DNA of 64,000 nucleotides from NCBI GenBank assembly GCA_963771355.1, contig CAVYTA010000007.1:352001-416000 (forward strand), given 5' to 3'. Shown in pieces: positions 62,839-64,000 of the stretch. Each line of letters starts with the position of its first letter. Positions within the stretch are counted from its first letter, which is position 1. The notes under the pieces are model-generated. The model saw nothing but the letters and a program-made list of their open reading frames with translations, made no database searches and was not told the DNA's origin. Origin of the DNA: an uncultured Candidatus Rokubacteria bacterium. GTDB taxonomy: Bacteria > Methylomirabilota > Methylomirabilia > Rokubacteriales > CSP1-6. A program made the position numbers and the translations under genes.

Positions 62839-63147
62839 CTACTCGTCCTTGAGGCAGTGGGAGCCGTGCGCGATGGCGGCCCCTGCGCGCAGGGCCGCCG
62901 CCACCAGGATGGTCTCCCCGATCTCGGCGTCGGCGGCGCCCGCCTTGCGGGCCTTGCCCACGTGGACCTCGATGCAGTAGGGGCACTGGGTGGTCAGCGC
63001 CACCGCCACCGCCATCAGCTCCTTGTACTTGACGGGCACCGCGCCGTCGGCGAGGGCGGCCTTGTCGAAGGCCTGAAAGGCCGGCCACGCGGTCGGAGCA
63101 AGGGTCGCCATCTTCCGAAGGTTTTTCAGCAGCGCCATGTCGTACAT
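62839..63147 (-). CDS. Carboxymuconolactone decarboxylase/AhpD-like protein
   Basis: AGGAG RBS; KYKELMAVAVALTTQCPYCIEVH. Confidence 0.88.
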   Translation of the reverse strand: MYDMALLKNLRKMATLAPTAWPAFQAFDKAALADGAVPVKYKELMAVAVALTTQCPYCIEVHVGKARKAGAADAEIGETILVAAALRAGAAIAHGSHCLKDE

Positions 63148-63197
63148 GAGGGTCTCCTTGTGTCGGCTGACGCTGCCGGGGTGGCCGGTCCTCCCGG

Positions 63198-63548
63198 CTA
63201 GAGGGTCTCGCCGCGCAGGCGCGCGAGCGCCTCGTTCATCGAACGCGTGAGCGAGGCGGCGATGTCCTCGCGCTCCTTGACGTGGCGCTCGGCCTCCCCA
63301 CGGTACGAGCCGACCTCGTGGCGGAGCTTGTCGCAATCGGCCTCGCTGGACTGGAGCTGGTTCCGCAGCCGCTCCACCTCATACTGCAGGCCGCGGAGCT
63401 GCTCGAGCTCCTGATCGTTGGTCTCGACGACACGCTGGAGCCGGTGATAGTCATTGAGGATGCCGAGGAGCGCGCTGAACTGTCCCTGACCCTCCTCCAG
63501 CCACCGAACCACTCGCTCGTGTGCCACCGGCGTCGCCGCACTGCTCAT
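63198..63548 (-). CDS. Hypothetical coiled-coil protein
   Basis: AGGAGG RBS; heptad pattern. Confidence 0.6.
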   Translation of the reverse strand: MSSAATPVAHERVVRWLEEGQGQFSALLGILNDYHRLQRVVETNDQELEQLRGLQYEVERLRNQLQSSEADCDKLRHEVGSYRGEAERHVKEREDIAASLTRSMNEALARLRGETL

Positions 63549-64000
63549 CCGCGCTCCTCCTGTTGAGAATGACGTTTGTTGAGAGCTGCCGTCGATCGAG
63601 ATTGCCGTCTTGAAATCGCGTTTCGATCGAATGGCTGGCTCACACTATCCCGAGGTCCCGAGGCGGTCAAGAGACGAGTTGACATTCCCGATCTGCGCGC
63701 AATGTCGGGAGAAGGGCGCCATGACGAGACTGGTTGCCCGGCCGCGCGTGCACGACCCCAGCCGGAGTGTGCTGGATGCATGCAAGCGCGGCCCCAGGCA
63801 CACCCTGCCAGTGTTTCGCCTCGGCGGGCTGGGTGGCGGGCGTCGTCCGCGAGTGGGTCTGGGACACGCCGCCGTCCCGATAGGCAAGGTCGGCGCGCTT
63901 GTACCCGTCGGGGCGAATGGAGTAGCATCTCGACTGCAGCCCATACTGCGCCCGTCGTCATCCAAAGGGGGACTCGATGGATAGCCGCCTTCGCTCACTC

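Noticed and set aside
63545..63998. ORFs at the window end (e.g. 63610-63984 with CAQC)
   Set aside because: No RBS, atypical codon style and no recognisable family; cannot be supported without flanking sequence.

Overview
High-GC chromosomal window from a diderm bacterium. Gene content and the style of the hypothetical proteins suggest Candidatus Rokubacteria/Methylomirabilota (inference only). The core-gene backbone is ftsK-lolA-yajQ ... rimO-pgpA-cinA-thpR ... recA-pilT-recX-alaS, then murG, ddl, rarA, an aldehyde:ferredoxin oxidoreductase, lhr and tRNA-Val(TAC). Accessory modules interrupt it: (i) a sigma54-type PEP-CTERM-like nidogen-domain protein plus a TPR protein; (ii) a membrane adenylate cyclase coupled to two LysM lipoproteins; (iii) a divergent polyamine cluster with two different aminopropyltransferases and a coupled methyltransferase; (iv) a His/Cys-containing membrane ORF ending in an RAPP ribosome-arrest-type motif, directly upstream of tonB, a TonB-dependent receptor and a Cys-motif BNR protein; (v) an ECF sigma/anti-sigma pair whose promoter motif is repeated before a DUF4139-TPR-TPR cluster; (vi) a ~3.9 kb integrase-less island in tRNA-Val with a 45-bp att duplication, arm-type repeats and a hairpin-sequestered 26-aa peptide. 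Four genes carry +1 frameshifts that are probably sequencing errors. Several genes look leaderless or lack canonical start codons. No CRISPR array, rRNA, transposase or integrase was seen. All family assignments are from motif recognition by eye, not database searches.
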